Below, piece after piece: positions 32,171-41,066 of a stretch of 64,000 bases of DNA. Origin of the DNA: an uncultured delta proteobacterium (lineage in GTDB: Bacteria > Bdellovibrionota > FAC87 > UBA2466); contig CAVZSV010000004.1 in NCBI GenBank assembly GCA_963778115.1, positions 608,001-672,000 on the forward strand. The letters run 5' to 3'. Each line of letters opens with the position of its first letter. The stretch's first letter is position 1. Position numbers and translations under genes: made by a program. The notes under the pieces are model-generated. The model worked only from the letters and a program-made list of their open reading frames with translations, was not told where the DNA came from and did not search any database.

Positions 32171-33466
32171 ATGAATAAAGTACGTTCCATCGTCATTGTA
32201 GATGGATATTCGTCCGGGGCTCTTTTCCCCGAATATTTTCGGAAAGAAGGAGTCAGTTGCATTCATGTCCAAAGCACCGCCGACATTCCCGCGGTCTATG
32301 CCCCGTCTTTCATTCCCAGTAACTTCATCGCCAACATTATCCATAAGGGAAACCTTAAAGAGACCATTGCCGCCATTAATCAGTTTGAACCCGAGCAACT
32401 CATTGCCGGTATTGAATCCGGTGTTGAACTTGCTGACGAGTTAAGCGAGGCCATGGGCTATATCACCAATGGAACGGCCCTTAGTCTTGCCCGTCGTGAT
32501 AAGTATGAAATGGTAAAGGCGGTACAAAGAGCGGGAGTCAGAACCGCTAAGAGCCATTCTTCTCATTCGCTAGAAGATGTTTTCTCTTGGATTGAAGGCA
32601 ATCTCGACTATCCCGTGGTCATTAAGCCTCTGAAAAGTGCCGGAACCGACAACGTCGCTATTTGCCACTCGCCTTCTGAAGTGGAACAAGCTTTCGCTAA
32701 TATCTTTGGCCGTACGAACCGTCTCAATCTAACGAACGACGCAGTATTGGTTCAGGAGTTTCTCGCGGGGAAAGAATATATAGTCGACTCTGTGACTTTT
32801 AACGGACACACGGAAGTATGCGCTTACCAAGAGTCGAATAAAGTCCCTCACGAAGGTGCCATGGTTTATGAGAACTGCAGGACGATTCCCTTTGATAGCG
32901 TGATGGCAAGAACACTCTATCCCTATGTTTGCGAAGTCCTTGCCGCGCTGGCCGTCCAATGGGGCCCCAGCCACATGGAGCTCATTGTGACGCCCCGAGG
33001 CCCTGTCCTAGTTGAAGTCGGAGCAAGGCTGGATGGCTGCCGTGCGCCAGAGCACCTGAGAAAGGCGATTAGCGTAGATCAGTGTGAGCTAACGGTGGAT
33101 TGCTACTTAAATCCCACGACGAGTTTGCAAAGGTGGAAAAACTATCCCTTCAAGGTTCACAAGCATTTGACTCGGGTATTTCTTATCTCAGAAAAGGAAG
33201 GCACCTTTTTGGGATACGGACATAATGAGAGGATTAGACAACTCCCGTCCTTCCTTAAGTTCACATCCTTGTTAACGACTGGATCACAAATCGTAAAGAC
33301 GAGTAACCTTTTCAACACTCCAGGCTACATAGATCTCATTCACGCCGATCCCGCCGTTGTGGAACAGGACTACCGAACCATTCGCCAGTGGGAAAAAGAC
33401 GAACGATTTTACCTCACACAGGAAGAATACAGAGACTGGGATCCTCTCGAGAGGATATCTCGATAG
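32171..33466 (+). CDS. ATP-grasp ligase (L-amino-acid-ligase-like)
   Basis: IVDGYSSG, RRDKYEM, PVVIKP..SAGTDNV, VQEFL.GKEY.VD, HMEL...GPVLVEVGARL.G. Confidence 0.85.
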   Translation: MNKVRSIVIVDGYSSGALFPEYFRKEGVSCIHVQSTADIPAVYAPSFIPSNFIANIIHKGNLKETIAAINQFEPEQLIAGIESGVELADELSEAMGYITNGTALSLARRDKYEMVKAVQRAGVRTAKSHSSHSLEDVFSWIEGNLDYPVVIKPLKSAGTDNVAICHSPSEVEQAFANIFGRTNRLNLTNDAVLVQEFLAGKEYIVDSVTFNGHTEVCAYQESNKVPHEGAMVYENCRTIPFDSVMARTLYPYVCEVLAALAVQWGPSHMELIVTPRGPVLVEVGARLDGCRAPEHLRKAISVDQCELTVDCYLNPTTSLQRWKNYPFKVHKHLTRVFLISEKEGTFLGYGHNERIRQLPSFLKFTSLLTTGSQIVKTSNLFNTPGYIDLIHADPAVVEQDYRTIRQWEKDERFYLTQEEYRDWDPLERISR

Positions 33467-33565
33467 CGGTGAAATTCGCGTAATTCTTAGCAACAATAAT
33501 AGCTAGTCGATCTAACCTTAGTCACCTAAACCGTTTGTCTACCGTCTCCCTCAAGCAGACGTCAT

Positions 33566-33581
33566 GGGCACAGCGGTTGCA
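33566..33581 (+). promoter_or_regulatory. sigma54 promoter candidate
   Basis: GGGCAC-AGCGG-TTGCA upstream of ATG 33640. Confidence 0.55.
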
Positions 33582-33639
33582 TTGTTTGCGCTCGACGTTG
33601 CTCGGACAGGCCGGGCGCATTTTTGTGAAGGAATGTTCG

Positions 33640-34374
33640 ATGAAATCAAAATTTCTCTTGATTGCGTTATTGGCTTTTGCAGCTACTAGCTTGCACGCAG
33701 AAACTGGCGATGGGGCTACCGATACTACCCCGAAACCTACTAAGAAAAAGATTCACGCCACTACGAACGAAGATTCGGCGGATGAAGGCACAACACCGGT
33801 ATCGATATCCGGTTCTAACTACAAACAAGTTCGCTTGGGAATCCTGGGTGGTATGACCGCGGCCAATATGTCCGTCAATAGCTCATCGACAGGTGTCTCT
33901 CAAGTCACAAGCAGCCGAACGGGATTCGGCGGCGGCGCTTACTTAGAGATTCCCTTTACCGAGCATTTCTCCTTAGTTCCACAAATGTTGTATGTTCAAG
34001 AGGGTGGCACTGTAACTTCGGCGGGAAACATCACCTTTAACTACGATACTTTTCAAATCCCGGTTCTAGCCCAATTGAAATGGGGAACCGACCTGTATCG
34101 TTTCGAAGTTTTTGCCGGACCTGCGGCATCCATTGCCGTGAACAAATCGGTCAGCAGTGGTGCCACGGGCGTAACCCCTGGACCTAGCGATCTCCGCGGA
34201 TTTGATATTAACTTTCAGGCTGGAATCGCCGGAGAGTTAACGATTACCCGCTCGATCAATGTGCTGCTCAACGTACGTTACATTCCGGGAGTGTTAGACC
34301 AAGACAAAATCGATGGTCAGAGCACCATCTTTTCGAGCTGGCTGTTCATGACCGGTCTCAGCATCGGTCTATAA
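33640..34374 (+). CDS. Outer-membrane beta-barrel (porin family) protein
   Basis: Signal peptide; GILGGM...GFGGGAYLE...PQMLYVQEG...QIPVL...FAGP pattern. Confidence 0.75.
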   Translation: MKSKFLLIALLAFAATSLHAETGDGATDTTPKPTKKKIHATTNEDSADEGTTPVSISGSNYKQVRLGILGGMTAANMSVNSSSTGVSQVTSSRTGFGGGAYLEIPFTEHFSLVPQMLYVQEGGTVTSAGNITFNYDTFQIPVLAQLKWGTDLYRFEVFAGPAASIAVNKSVSSGATGVTPGPSDLRGFDINFQAGIAGELTITRSINVLLNVRYIPGVLDQDKIDGQSTIFSSWLFMTGLSIGL

Positions 34375-34392
34375 TCTGATTATTTCGTTAAG

Positions 34393-34426
34393 GCCCCTTA
34401 GGATATTGTCCTAAGGGGCTTTTTTT
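34393..34426 (+). terminator. Rho-independent terminator
   Basis: GCCCCTTAGGA/TCCTAAGGGGC stem followed by a T tract. Confidence 0.88.
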
Positions 34427-34432
34427 GTTTAG

Positions 34433-35077
34433 CTATTTTCTTACGCCGTGGAAAAATCGCTGCGCGTCCTTGGTGGGCCGCAGAATGTCGGCCAGTTGCA
34501 GAGCGGTCTTCATCTGCGAAGTGTTAATGAGAAAGGATTTACTGTCGTCGTCGGCTTTACCTGCCTTTTCGTCCACTTGAAGAACTCCATTGGTATCAGC
34601 GACTATGGTACTGGTTTTCACCGATTCAAAAGGAATCCTAGAAGCTTCGAAATCGGAGTAACGAATGCCTAACGAGGTCAGAACGAAACCGTCGGGCAAC
34701 GGATCATATTGAAAGACGTAGCGACGATTATTTTCGACCCATTCGACTAACACTCGATCGCGAATCCGGCAGGTAAGAACTTCCTTCTGCGTACCTTCGT
34801 CGTCTCGTATATAGCGGCCGATTTCTTTTTTGGTTAACTTGTAATTAGTGACGTCCAAATTGGTAGGTATTGGAGTCAAGTCCGCCACCGTATCGAACTG
34901 ATAGAAATTCCCGGTAAAGCCGGGAATGTCGACACGTATCTCCTCAAAACACAATGGATTGGTATAATCGAAATTCTGACAACTCATCACCAGCAAGAGA
35001 AAGCCAGCTAGAACAAAATTCAACGATAAGCGGGTAATAGAGCACCTCATAAGATCTCCTCTTTCGTATAGCCCCAT
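34433..35077 (-). CDS. Hypothetical lipoprotein
   Basis: Hydrophobic segment + VMSC lipobox; true start may be a few codons downstream. Confidence 0.6.
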   Translation of the reverse strand: MGLYERGDLMRCSITRLSLNFVLAGFLLLVMSCQNFDYTNPLCFEEIRVDIPGFTGNFYQFDTVADLTPIPTNLDVTNYKLTKKEIGRYIRDDEGTQKEVLTCRIRDRVLVEWVENNRRYVFQYDPLPDGFVLTSLGIRYSDFEASRIPFESVKTSTIVADTNGVLQVDEKAGKADDDSKSFLINTSQMKTALQLADILRPTKDAQRFFHGVRK

Positions 35078-35343
35078 GCATTAGAGAGGCCAGACCGGCG
35101 CTCATCTATTTGGCCTAGAGAAACACTCATTCCCTTGGTTCTTATGCTTTCCAATGCAACAACCTATAGCGCCGCTCCTAAACGATGAGTCAAACTTCAT
35201 CCTTTCGTCTTTTGTCGATTTACCCTCGAGACTTTTTGTCCCTGATGAGGTCCAAACGATCCCTTCTGTTTTGCCCTTCGTGCGTAAGATCTCCGGTCCA
35301 AGCTTTGCACTCAACTTGGGTAAGAGATCTTAAGGAGGCTTCT

Positions 35344-35817
35344 ATGAAAAAAGTTTTAGCAGAAATGACCCGCAAGGTAACTTTTGCCCTAGAGACCGAT
35401 CTTGTCGATCGAGTATGGAATGCGATGAATGCGCTGGGAGTACGGCATGTTCCGGTGACGAGAAACCGAAAGGTGGTAGGCATTCTTTCCGATAGAGACA
35501 TTCTAAAACTTGCTAAAGAGGATCCCGATGGAAGATTGAAAGTTCCCTCTCGTCTAGTGGGGGAAGTAATGACCAAAGATGTTTTTACGTGTCATACGCG
35601 GTCATCGATAGGCGAAGTTGCTAAGATCTTTATCGACAAGAAGATCGACTCTCTTCCAGTGGTTCATGAAGGCGGAGAACTTGTGGGGATAATTACTACG
35701 ACCGATTTGTTGCGGCTACTCTGCGAAATGGAAGGCGAGCTTTTTCGTGAGCTCCCCTTTAAGTGGGATCCCGAGTTATTGGTTACGGACCAATGGCGGC
35801 CGGCGGCAAACAATTAA
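35344..35817 (+). CDS. CBS-domain protein
   Basis: VRHVPV...VVGILSDRD; IDSLPVV...LVGIITTTD; RBS AGGAGG. Confidence 0.9.
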   Translation: MKKVLAEMTRKVTFALETDLVDRVWNAMNALGVRHVPVTRNRKVVGILSDRDILKLAKEDPDGRLKVPSRLVGEVMTKDVFTCHTRSSIGEVAKIFIDKKIDSLPVVHEGGELVGIITTTDLLRLLCEMEGELFRELPFKWDPELLVTDQWRPAANN

Positions 35818-36499
35818 CTCTCTTTGTAAACGTTTCCGAGTGGATCCAAAACTGAAGGTAAAACCGCGACAGACCATAGAAAGTTCCAGCACCCAATAGG
35901 TGCCAGACGGCGTGGCCTTGAAAAAGGCTTTGGGGCGAGCAAAGAATCTTCTCGCTATCGAGCCACCACAATCCAAAAGCGGTTAAGTGGCATGCCAACG
36001 CAAGCCAGAAAAAACGATAGCGACAGGTAAGCCCGGGCTTTCTGGCTTGGAGATAGATCTTCAATTCAAGAAGGAGTGCCAAAAAAAGAAGCACGTTAAA
36101 AATAGTTTCGCCGATGCCTCGCCATCGGAACAAAATAGCCATTCCCAAGACGCTGACCGCGACGGCAAATCTCTCTGAAGTTTTTACGCTAAGAAGACCT
36201 AATCGCTGAAGGTTAAACGCCACAAGACCACCCAGAATGAGATAGATCGATCCTAGATCCAAGACCTCTCCTACATAAGAAGAGGTGGCATGGTAGAAAG
36301 CGGACAAGATCCCTACGAGAACAGAGCCCACGGCAATCACCCTTACTTGGGGAACACGATGATAACGCCCCCATAGCCCGAGCCCTACGATCAAAAAGCC
36401 TATATTAGAGTACGTATTGACCGGTTCCTTGACCCATTCGCAGCGCTGAAACTCGCAAAAGACAAAAGTTGCCGGACTCCAAGATTCATAAGGACACAT
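35783..36499 (-). CDS. Ceramidase-like (CREST superfamily) membrane hydrolase
   Basis: FCE..EPVNTYSN, SAFYH, LD, GHAVWH zinc-ligand pattern, about 7 TM. Confidence 0.8.
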   Translation of the reverse strand: MCPYESWSPATFVFCEFQRCEWVKEPVNTYSNIGFLIVGLGLWGRYHRVPQVRVIAVGSVLVGILSAFYHATSSYVGEVLDLGSIYLILGGLVAFNLQRLGLLSVKTSERFAVAVSVLGMAILFRWRGIGETIFNVLLFLALLLELKIYLQARKPGLTCRYRFFWLALACHLTAFGLWWLDSEKILCSPQSLFQGHAVWHLLGAGTFYGLSRFYLQFWIHSETFTKRVNCLPPAAIGP

Positions 36500-36574
36500 A
36501 AGGGAACTCTAGTGTAATGACCCCTTGTTCGAAAAGGACGTTCGATCTAGGATGCCGGCCAAAGGGAGTTTTAC

Positions 36575-37042
36575 ATGCGAAGTTTAAGTTCAAGTGTAAA
36601 TTTAAGTTTAATCTTGATTATAATTTCCCACCCCCTGTACGCCGAAACGTCCTTCTACCAAGGCAGACCCTACGGACCAAACGCGACAAAGCCCCCCATG
36701 CCTTCCCCACAAACCCCTGTGCCTACGACATCCGTCGACAAAAATCACCCTCAGACCCACAACTTCATCATTGCCGAGTGTCTGGTCGCAGGGATTGCTC
36801 CCGCTAAAACAGCGATTCCCTGCCCACAGCTCCCCATAATACTGCTCGATCAAGATTCAAAGGAGATTTCCAAAACGCAAGTAGCCCAAGGCTCGTTTTG
36901 GTTCTCGATAAAAGACGACAAACCCTACTATTTTGCCTTGGGAACTAACGACTTTACGATCGTCGACTCCGACTTGGGTCCCTATCATAGAGGGGCTAAG
37001 CCAACGATTACGGTTATCCCTAAGAACACCAAAGCGGAATAA
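36575..37042 (+). CDS. Hypothetical secreted protein
   Basis: Signal-like N-terminus; RBS GGGAG. Confidence 0.55.
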   Translation: MRSLSSSVNLSLILIIISHPLYAETSFYQGRPYGPNATKPPMPSPQTPVPTTSVDKNHPQTHNFIIAECLVAGIAPAKTAIPCPQLPIILLDQDSKEISKTQVAQGSFWFSIKDDKPYYFALGTNDFTIVDSDLGPYHRGAKPTITVIPKNTKAE

Positions 37043-37056
37043 ACATTGGAGCTTAG

Positions 37057-37749
37057 TTAAAATTGCGGAACTGGATTTCGACGAGACCACAGGGAACGCT
37101 TTGGGTATCGTTTATGTTCTGCGACCGGCGCAAATACACGTTTACGTGGATCAAAAAGATGCACTCTAGCGGTCTCGATATCAAACCACGCCCCCAGGAG
37201 AGAGATTTTGCCTTGAGCGAGACCGACTCTCACCATGTGGTAAGTCTTTAGATGGTCCAATTGGGTCACGACATTGGCTTGCGATAGCCGGTCTACTCCA
37301 GAGAGTTTTTCATCGAATTTCATTTGCGGCAAAAGCTTATGGGCCGCTTCGGCATGGCTTAACCAGGAGAAAAGATTCGGATTCGAGGCTTTTACTTTCT
37401 CCCGCCCTTCGTGCGCCGCTTTCATCGCACCACATTGGGAATGTCCCATCACGACTAACTGAGGGATCTCAAGAACGTTAACCGCATATTCGATGGCCGA
37501 TGCCTCACTCACATCTCCCACCGAAAGGCCGTCCTCGGTGCAAGGAGGGACGAGGTTTCCTACGTTGCGGACCGTAAAGACCTCGCCAGGCCCCATGGAA
37601 ATGACCAAGTTTGGAAGAACACGACTGTCCGAACAGCTAAAGATGAGGAACTGTGGCTTTTGTCCCCTGCTAAGTTTTCGGTAAAGAGAAGCAAGGCCGG
37701 GAAACCAATGTTCTCGAAAATTAAGAAAACCTCGAATCAGACGTTCCAT
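37057..37749 (-). CDS. Beta-class carbonic anhydrase
   Basis: GQKPQ...CSDSRV, RNVGN, IEYAV, GHSQCGA. Confidence 0.95.
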   Translation of the reverse strand: MERLIRGFLNFREHWFPGLASLYRKLSRGQKPQFLIFSCSDSRVLPNLVISMGPGEVFTVRNVGNLVPPCTEDGLSVGDVSEASAIEYAVNVLEIPQLVVMGHSQCGAMKAAHEGREKVKASNPNLFSWLSHAEAAHKLLPQMKFDEKLSGVDRLSQANVVTQLDHLKTYHMVRVGLAQGKISLLGAWFDIETARVHLFDPRKRVFAPVAEHKRYPKRSLWSRRNPVPQF

Positions 37750-37824
37750 TAGACGGTTTTCGCACAACTGCCAACCTTTCACAACGATTTGACAGATGGG
37801 CTAGCGCCTATAGATCCTTCTCCC

Positions 37825-38616
37825 ATGTCTCGTTACGACCGAAGAGCCTGGTACAAACACCTGATTACTTTCAAAGGATCGGTGCTTCCCCAGATTTTCC
37901 CCCGGACATTATTTCTAATGGCGGTGGCCTGCGCCGAGACCTGGCTTATCTTATGGGAACATATTGCGCCTCTTCCTTTGACTCCGTTTACCGTAGTCGG
38001 CGTCGCCTTAGGCCTGTTGCTTACTCTTCGCACTAACGCCAGCTACGATCGCTTTTGGGAAGGACGAAAGGCCTGGGGAATGATAGTCAATCGCTCGAGA
38101 AATCTCTCTCGCCAACTTGCGGCACTCTTCTCGTCGACGGAAATCCGAAAATCCTTTGCAACCCTTATCACTGCCTTCTCCGAGAACTCTAAAAGACAGC
38201 TTTGGGGAGAGACCACTTCCGGCAATCCGCTTTTGCAACTAAGCCAAGAATTTGAAAGCGCTCGAAAGGCGGGAATTCTAGACTCGATGGATCTTATTCG
38301 ACTAGAGGCCGATCTAGCGGTTCTTATCGATCAGATAGGAATTTGCGAGCGCATTCAGCGGACACCAATTCCTATCGGGTATGTGCTCCATATGCACCGT
38401 TTCTTGGTGGTTTTTTGTCTAACCCTTCCGCTGGCACTTGCTCAGGATTTGCAGTGGGTAACGCCCTTGGCCGTGGGTTTCATGGGGTATGCTTTCTTGG
38501 GAATTGAGCAGATTGGGGTTGAGATTGAGGATCCGTTTGAGAGGACACCGAATGATTTGGATTTGGAGGGGATTACGAGAAGGATCAGGGAGGATGTGGA
38601 GGGGATATTGAGGTAG
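37825..38616 (+). CDS. Bestrophin family anion channel (YneE-like)
   Basis: RTNASYDRFWEGRKAWG, CERI..TPIP, EIEDPF...NDL. Confidence 0.92.
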   Translation: MSRYDRRAWYKHLITFKGSVLPQIFPRTLFLMAVACAETWLILWEHIAPLPLTPFTVVGVALGLLLTLRTNASYDRFWEGRKAWGMIVNRSRNLSRQLAALFSSTEIRKSFATLITAFSENSKRQLWGETTSGNPLLQLSQEFESARKAGILDSMDLIRLEADLAVLIDQIGICERIQRTPIPIGYVLHMHRFLVVFCLTLPLALAQDLQWVTPLAVGFMGYAFLGIEQIGVEIEDPFERTPNDLDLEGITRRIREDVEGILR

Positions 38617-38703
38617 GGGAGTGAGGAGCTTGTGCGTACGGGCTTCGATCTGGTAGAAGGTTAAGGGTTAATCCTTAAGGATTAATCGTTAATAGATATA
38701 CCC

Positions 38704-39060
38704 GGGGGTGACCAGGCTTCGACGTGGGTGCTGAAGCTTGAAATCGCATGCCGAGTTTGCCGCTGACTCGTAAAAAAGGCGACACCATTGTAAACGACAA
38801 TAACGTAACAATGGCCTACGCTGCTTAATAAAAAGTAGCGCGCTTCCGGAGGTTCCTCCCACGGGCTTTTGGTAGTGTCATTTAAGATGGGATCGGATGG
38901 TGCTGGAATCTCAGCGGCATCATCTTAAAAAACTCTGGGGTTAGTCCACGGATAGCCCCGCTCATTGGGTAGTCCATGGGCGAAACTAAAATAGTGAGAC
39001 AAGCATGTAGTGATTTCAGTGGATCACTTGCGGACGGGGGTTCGATTCCCCCCACCTCCA
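38704..39060 (+). ncRNA. ssrA: tmRNA; tag ORF ends ...DNNVTMAYAA* (stop 38826-38828); CCA not encoded
   Basis: 5' GGGGGTG...GGCTTCGAC pairs with 3' CACCTCC-A including the G3.U70 Ala identity pair; T-arm GGGGG-TTCGATT-CCCCC; GCATGCCGAG and AAGCATGTAG conserved blocks; YAA-ending tag. Confidence 0.96.
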
Positions 39061-39388
39061 TACAAATCGCCGAAGGCGATTTGTATCCTTACCGATTAAG
39101 CCTTAAGGATTAATCCTTAATCCTTTCAGCGGCGTAGCCGCTCTGATGGTTCCCCGATTTTTTCGATTTCCCGCTCCCATTTCCCCGAGTTTCTCGATTT
39201 GGAGCGTGAAAAGAGCGTGAATTTTTCACGCTCCGTCGTTCAAACTAACTTCTCGCCGTACTCCTCGCTTAAGAAACCCAAGGCTAAATTCCCTCTTTTT
39301 AATCATCCCTGGCCGTTTTCGGACCCTGGTGGTGAGACCCATTCCCCCCACCACTTCCATAGAAAAGAGCCTCCGGTCGAGAACCCAC

Positions 39389-39417
39389 TTGAAACCAAAA
39401 TGTAACTCAGTTACAAT
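39389..39417 (+). promoter_or_regulatory. sigma70 promoter with overlapping palindromic operator (TA autoregulation)
   Basis: TTGAAA-17-TACAAT; TGTAACT-C-AGTTACA at 39401-39415; ATG 6 nt after the -10. Confidence 0.7.
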
Positions 39418-39423
39418 CCACAA

Positions 39424-39732
39424 ATGGATAGGCCACCCAAGATCAGCAACCTGATGGAGACTATCCGTAAGTGCGTCGAGCAGGGCAGATATCTTGATAC
39501 TCGGCACGCCACCCAAAGGCAGGCCGAGCGAAACGTTACCCGCCCCGAATATCTCCATGCACTTTTGAACGGATATCACGAGAAGCGCAAAGATAAGTTC
39601 GAGGAGGCCTACAACACCTGGAACTATTCCGTACGCGGCAAAACTATCGATGCACGTGCTCTGAGGATCGTTGTTTCCTTCGATGAGAACAACATGCTCA
39701 TCATTACAGCGATCGATTTGAGCAAGACTTAA
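39424..39732 (+). CDS. DUF4258-like putative toxin
   Basis: TRHATQRQAERNVT...YSVRGKT...LRIVV...IITAID pattern; paired with an HTH gene. Confidence 0.75.
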   Translation: MDRPPKISNLMETIRKCVEQGRYLDTRHATQRQAERNVTRPEYLHALLNGYHEKRKDKFEEAYNTWNYSVRGKTIDARALRIVVSFDENNMLIITAIDLSKT

Positions 39733-39735
39733 AGG

Positions 39736-40191
39736 ATGGTTATGGAGCGGAAAATTCAAAAGCAGTTTGTTGATGAGGGCTTTGGCTTCAAGGTCCGTCT
39801 CTGGAACGTCCCCATGATCAAAGTCCGCGGAGCTTGGACTCCAGAGATCAACTACAACGAACTCGCCAAAGTAGTGCTTCTGGCTCTTTGTCACAAGCCA
39901 GCGCGGCTCACTGGTGCCGAGGTTCGCTTTGTCCGCCAGCAGCTCGAGATGACTTTGCAGGCTTTCGCCGGGCGATTCTGCGTCACCCACGTTGCAGTGA
40001 TTAAGTGGGAAAAAACAGGCAATAAGAACACCTCAATGGCTTGGACGACTGAGAAGGATCTGCGGTTATTCATCCTTTCAAAGTTCGACCCAAAAGCGAC
40101 GGAGATCGCGAAACTCTACACCGAGCTGGAAAAGGAACGCGCAGAAAGCGGTCCTTCGGTGGAAGTAGATGCCAAAAAGATGGTCGCTTAG
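39736..40191 (+). CDS. MqsA-like HTH putative antitoxin
   Basis: LTGAEVRFVRQQLEMTLQAFA...VTHVAVIKWE XRE-type HTH. Confidence 0.75.
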   Translation: MVMERKIQKQFVDEGFGFKVRLWNVPMIKVRGAWTPEINYNELAKVVLLALCHKPARLTGAEVRFVRQQLEMTLQAFAGRFCVTHVAVIKWEKTGNKNTSMAWTTEKDLRLFILSKFDPKATEIAKLYTELEKERAESGPSVEVDAKKMVA

Positions 40192-40205
40192 TTTCGGGAG
40201 GGGAT

Positions 40206-40814
40206 TTGAACATTACACTCGAGTACCTTAAGCTGTTTCTGGCCTGGCCGCCGATAACACTGGCTTCCGTCATCTTCGTCTCTCTTCTTTTCAAGAAACC
40301 TTTATCGCAATGGCTCTCAAACCTAAAAATAAAATATGGTGGGGCGGAAGTTTCTTCTCTGTTTCAGCAGCGAAGTGAGCCTGTAGAGACGAAAACTCCC
40401 ACTACCGAAACCGCGCAAAATGCCGCACTGACCCGGGCTGACGAAAAACAGGCGGACGCATCGATCGAACTACCTAAAGAGAACGAGGCTTTAAAAGAAC
40501 TCGTTCAACAATATCGGGCCGGAGCTTATATTTGGGAGTACCGATACCTAAATCTTTTCCTCGTATACAATTCCAAGCGGGTCCTGACTTGGTTGGTCGA
40601 CTATGGAAAAGCGATTTCCATTGAAGTCGCCGCCGGTATTTGGAGCAATCAACTACCGACAGATCAACGGGATATAATCGTAGAAGTCCTTCGCAGTCAT
40701 TCCTTGATCATAGTCGATATAAAACAAGGAACCCTGGAGGCGACACCGAAGGGTAAGGAGTTTGTTGATTTTATCGGGCGGGTTCCGGTAGGGAACTTGG
40801 TCTCTCCGGCTTAG
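40206..40814 (+). CDS. Hypothetical membrane protein
   Basis: N-terminal TM (AWP...), C-terminal wHTH-like TPKGKEF. Confidence 0.6.
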   Translation: MNITLEYLKLFLAWPPITLASVIFVSLLFKKPLSQWLSNLKIKYGGAEVSSLFQQRSEPVETKTPTTETAQNAALTRADEKQADASIELPKENEALKELVQQYRAGAYIWEYRYLNLFLVYNSKRVLTWLVDYGKAISIEVAAGIWSNQLPTDQRDIIVEVLRSHSLIIVDIKQGTLEATPKGKEFVDFIGRVPVGNLVSPA

Positions 40815-41066
40815 GCAGATTGCCTTTTTTTGGAAAACAGCGAGTCGAAACGTGAAACTAGGTGATGCCCATAATTTCCAAAAAATCGAGATTTCGTGTC
40901 CCATCGATGTATAAACTCCTCTGAATCATTTCCATTCCATAACTCGGGAATTGAAGCGAACCGAACGGCTTGCTCTGTGACAATATAAGGCCAGTAGGAT
41001 TTTGTGAAAGGAATGCATTTATAGAGGAGGTTTGGTGCCATAGACTCTCAGCAAAACGAATGAAAT

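Noticed and set aside
1..39060. rnr, smpB and ssrA as a trans-translation gene cluster
   Set aside because: They are 8-30 kb apart with unrelated genes between; loose smpB-ssrA linkage is common.
39226..39990. 254-aa minus-strand ORF as a possible integrase or recombinase
   Set aside because: Antisense shadow of the TA pair; no R-H-x-x-R-Y or serine-recombinase motifs.
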